DNA of 64,000 bases. Source: Candidatus Enterousia sp. (GTDB taxonomy: Bacteria > Pseudomonadota > Alphaproteobacteria > Rs-D84). The stretch lies in the NCBI GenBank assembly GCA_045613785.1, contig JAZLBQ010000026.1, forward strand, positions 32,001 to 96,000. The letters run 5' to 3'. Positions 62,095-64,000 of the stretch are shown one piece after another; the stretch's first letter is position 1, and each line of letters begins with the position of its first letter. A model generated the notes under the pieces. It was not told the DNA's origin and searched no databases. It saw only the letters and a program-made list of their open reading frames with translations. A program made the position numbers and the translations under genes.

Positions 62095-63707
62095 TTTATT
62101 TTCCTTATTTTTCTTTGGATATTGGGCACAACTGTCAATCCATCATCTGATAAATCAATTGCCCTTTTGTATGCGTTATTTGCTTTATCAAACTCGCCCT
62201 TTTCCGCATACATATCACCCAAATGTTCAAATAAAACAGAACAAGTCTCGGCTACATCACCGACCCGTTCCATCACGTCCAGTGCGGCATCAACACCCTC
62301 ACGTGCCGCCACCACATATCCCAGCGTATCCCACGCCAAGATATCAGTTGGATTTTGCTGAACCAGCGTCATAGCATAGTCATATGCATTATCCAATTCC
62401 CGGTTCTGTGCAGCCCATATTTTGGCCTGCAAAGACATAATTTCACCATCTATTATCAAAGTCTCGGCTGCATCTTTAATATCGTCCTGTGCTGCATTCA
62501 TATTACCAAAAGCATAATGAATTTGTGCACGGTTTTTCAAAAAGAACGCCCGCCCTACTTCGTCCAGGTTGTTATCATTTAATGCACGGCGAACGATACG
62601 CAAAGCGGCACGTTTATTGCCGTGTTGGATATGGTGTCCAATCAGTGTATTTACCCCTGGCACAAACAGTGGATACGATTCCAAAGCTTCTTGCAATGGT
62701 TGCATATTTTTTGTTTTTTCTGCAATACGTAAAACACCGAATAGTCTAAAAGGGCTATCCTTATTTATTTTATTGAAATGCTGTTCAAAGTCGCCCTGGT
62801 TATAAAAGAAATAGTTTCCTAAATAATAATCGACGGCATTATTGCTGGCTGCGAATTCAGGTGCTGTAATTTCTGCGAAACGCAACAGCAGCATTGCCAA
62901 ATCAGAATGCATCATAATACTGGTATGAGAAACATTTTGAACCAAACTGAACGCCAGTTGATTTTTATAACCACTGTAAACAGACCAATCGGGAACATTG
63001 TCAAAATCAGCCATAAACATGCCACCTGGTCGTGCGGTAAAATCAGCCTTTAATTGTTCTGCGTTTTCAGGCATATCGTGATGCGTATAAAATGACATTA
63101 AATACATATAGTCATTTATATTCATAAAGTCTGGACTGACTGCTAAAAAGTTTTCTGTTGCAGTATCGATATCGCCCAGCTCTGCATAGATTTGACCACG
63201 GACAAAAGATTTCCACGAAGCGTTTGTTGGTAATTTATCAATAAATTTAAATGTATTCGTTCGCCAATCGTTTGCAATCGCAGACCAAATACGCAAAGGT
63301 GCTACCAACGCAGATTCGTCATTTTTATGTCTGTTGTGCAATTCCTTCCAATTATCGTTTTGAATCAGGTAAGCGTCATAAATCAACTGTGCTGGCGTGC
63401 TTTTTTCGTTCTTTAACAGACGTGCATCAAACGGCATACGTCCACCCAAGAAATCTGCCAAATAAACAGTGTTTTGCACAATAGGATATTGTTCGTTGTT
63501 TAGTATAGAAACGAATCCAGTTGCGGCATCGAAATCGTTGACATAGATTGCGTGCTGAGCCGCCAAGAAAGCCCCGTATTTTGTTTCTGGGAATTCGTAA
63601 GATTCTACCTTATTATTTTCGAACAAGTGCGTCCAAATTGCACCACCTGTCACAGTGATAATTGTGAACAAACTAACAGTGATAAATATTCTTTCTATTT
63701 TTCTCAT
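62091..63707 (-). CDS. TPR repeat protein with N-terminal membrane anchor
   Basis: YGAFLAA, WDTLGYV, EHLGDMY TPR motifs. Confidence 0.85.
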   Translation of the reverse strand: MRKIERIFITVSLFTIITVTGGAIWTHLFENNKVESYEFPETKYGAFLAAQHAIYVNDFDAATGFVSILNNEQYPIVQNTVYLADFLGGRMPFDARLLKNEKSTPAQLIYDAYLIQNDNWKELHNRHKNDESALVAPLRIWSAIANDWRTNTFKFIDKLPTNASWKSFVRGQIYAELGDIDTATENFLAVSPDFMNINDYMYLMSFYTHHDMPENAEQLKADFTARPGGMFMADFDNVPDWSVYSGYKNQLAFSLVQNVSHTSIMMHSDLAMLLLRFAEITAPEFAASNNAVDYYLGNYFFYNQGDFEQHFNKINKDSPFRLFGVLRIAEKTKNMQPLQEALESYPLFVPGVNTLIGHHIQHGNKRAALRIVRRALNDNNLDEVGRAFFLKNRAQIHYAFGNMNAAQDDIKDAAETLIIDGEIMSLQAKIWAAQNRELDNAYDYAMTLVQQNPTDILAWDTLGYVVAAREGVDAALDVMERVGDVAETCSVLFEHLGDMYAEKGEFDKANNAYKRAIDLSDDGLTVVPNIQRKIRKIK

Positions 63708-63728
63708 AACTATGTTAGAATAACGCTT

Positions 63729-64000
63729 ATGAACAATAAAGTCAAATTTGAACAGTATGCAGCACTGCTGCAAGAATGGTCTGGGCGGATGAATCTTGTT
63801 GCCCCCAGCACATTAAATGATATAGAAAACCGTCACATTGCAGATTCTGCTCAGTTGGCGGATATTTTGCCATCTGATGTTGATATAATCGATTTGGGCA
63901 GCGGTGCAGGTTTTCCTGGTGTTGTTCTGGCGATATTGGGGTGGCGTGTCACTTGTATTGAATCGATTGGCAAGAAGGTGTCGTTTTTGTCGGCTGTAAA
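63729..64000 (+). CDS. rsmG: 16S rRNA m7G527 methyltransferase (5' part)
   Basis: Hand translation ...WSGRMNLVA..RHIADS..DLGSGAGFPG..IESIGKK; runs off the window. Confidence 0.93.
   Translation, partial: MNNKVKFEQYAALLQEWSGRMNLVAPSTLNDIENRHIADSAQLADILPSDVDIIDLGSGAGFPGVVLAILGWRVTCIESIGKKVSFLSAV

Overview
The window is a gene-dense, AT-rich core-chromosome segment of a Gram-negative bacterium. Gene style suggests a small-genome, host-associated alphaproteobacterium (inference). It uses the standard genetic code (many ATGA stop/start overlaps). Housekeeping genes include lolE, ung, gyrB, pal, infC, lpxC, lpxK, rfbCD, ychF, dnaG, topA, mreC-mreD-mrdA-rodA, rpmI-rplT-pheST, mnmG, fabDG, queH, metG, accBC, yidD, rnpA, mreB, der, a MacB-type ABC pair, gpsA and rsmG. 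There are five tRNAs and a small rpmJ missed by the ORF track. Main non-routine signals: (1) a probable oriC at ~30.77-31.02 kb, with many variant DnaA-like boxes (TTTTCAACA type) ending in tandem boxes + GGCCC + trinucleotide repeats + AT tract; (2) a degraded island after tRNA-fMet with a structured attenuator-like leader, a Fic gene, an integrase C-terminal remnant in frame behind an ASCH gene, and two Gly-rich paralogs; (3) modular hairpin repeats on both sides of tRNA-Thr(GGT); (4) an uncharacterised CxxC membrane protein / ExxH-CC protein pair; (5) a secreted pair with pore-former and polymorphic-toxin-like architecture; (6) an orphan secretin and an orphan virB3-virB4 followed by an HExxH protein and rfbCD; (7) MetRS with a PheT-type OB-fold tail. 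All calls come from motif recognition by eye; no searches were run.
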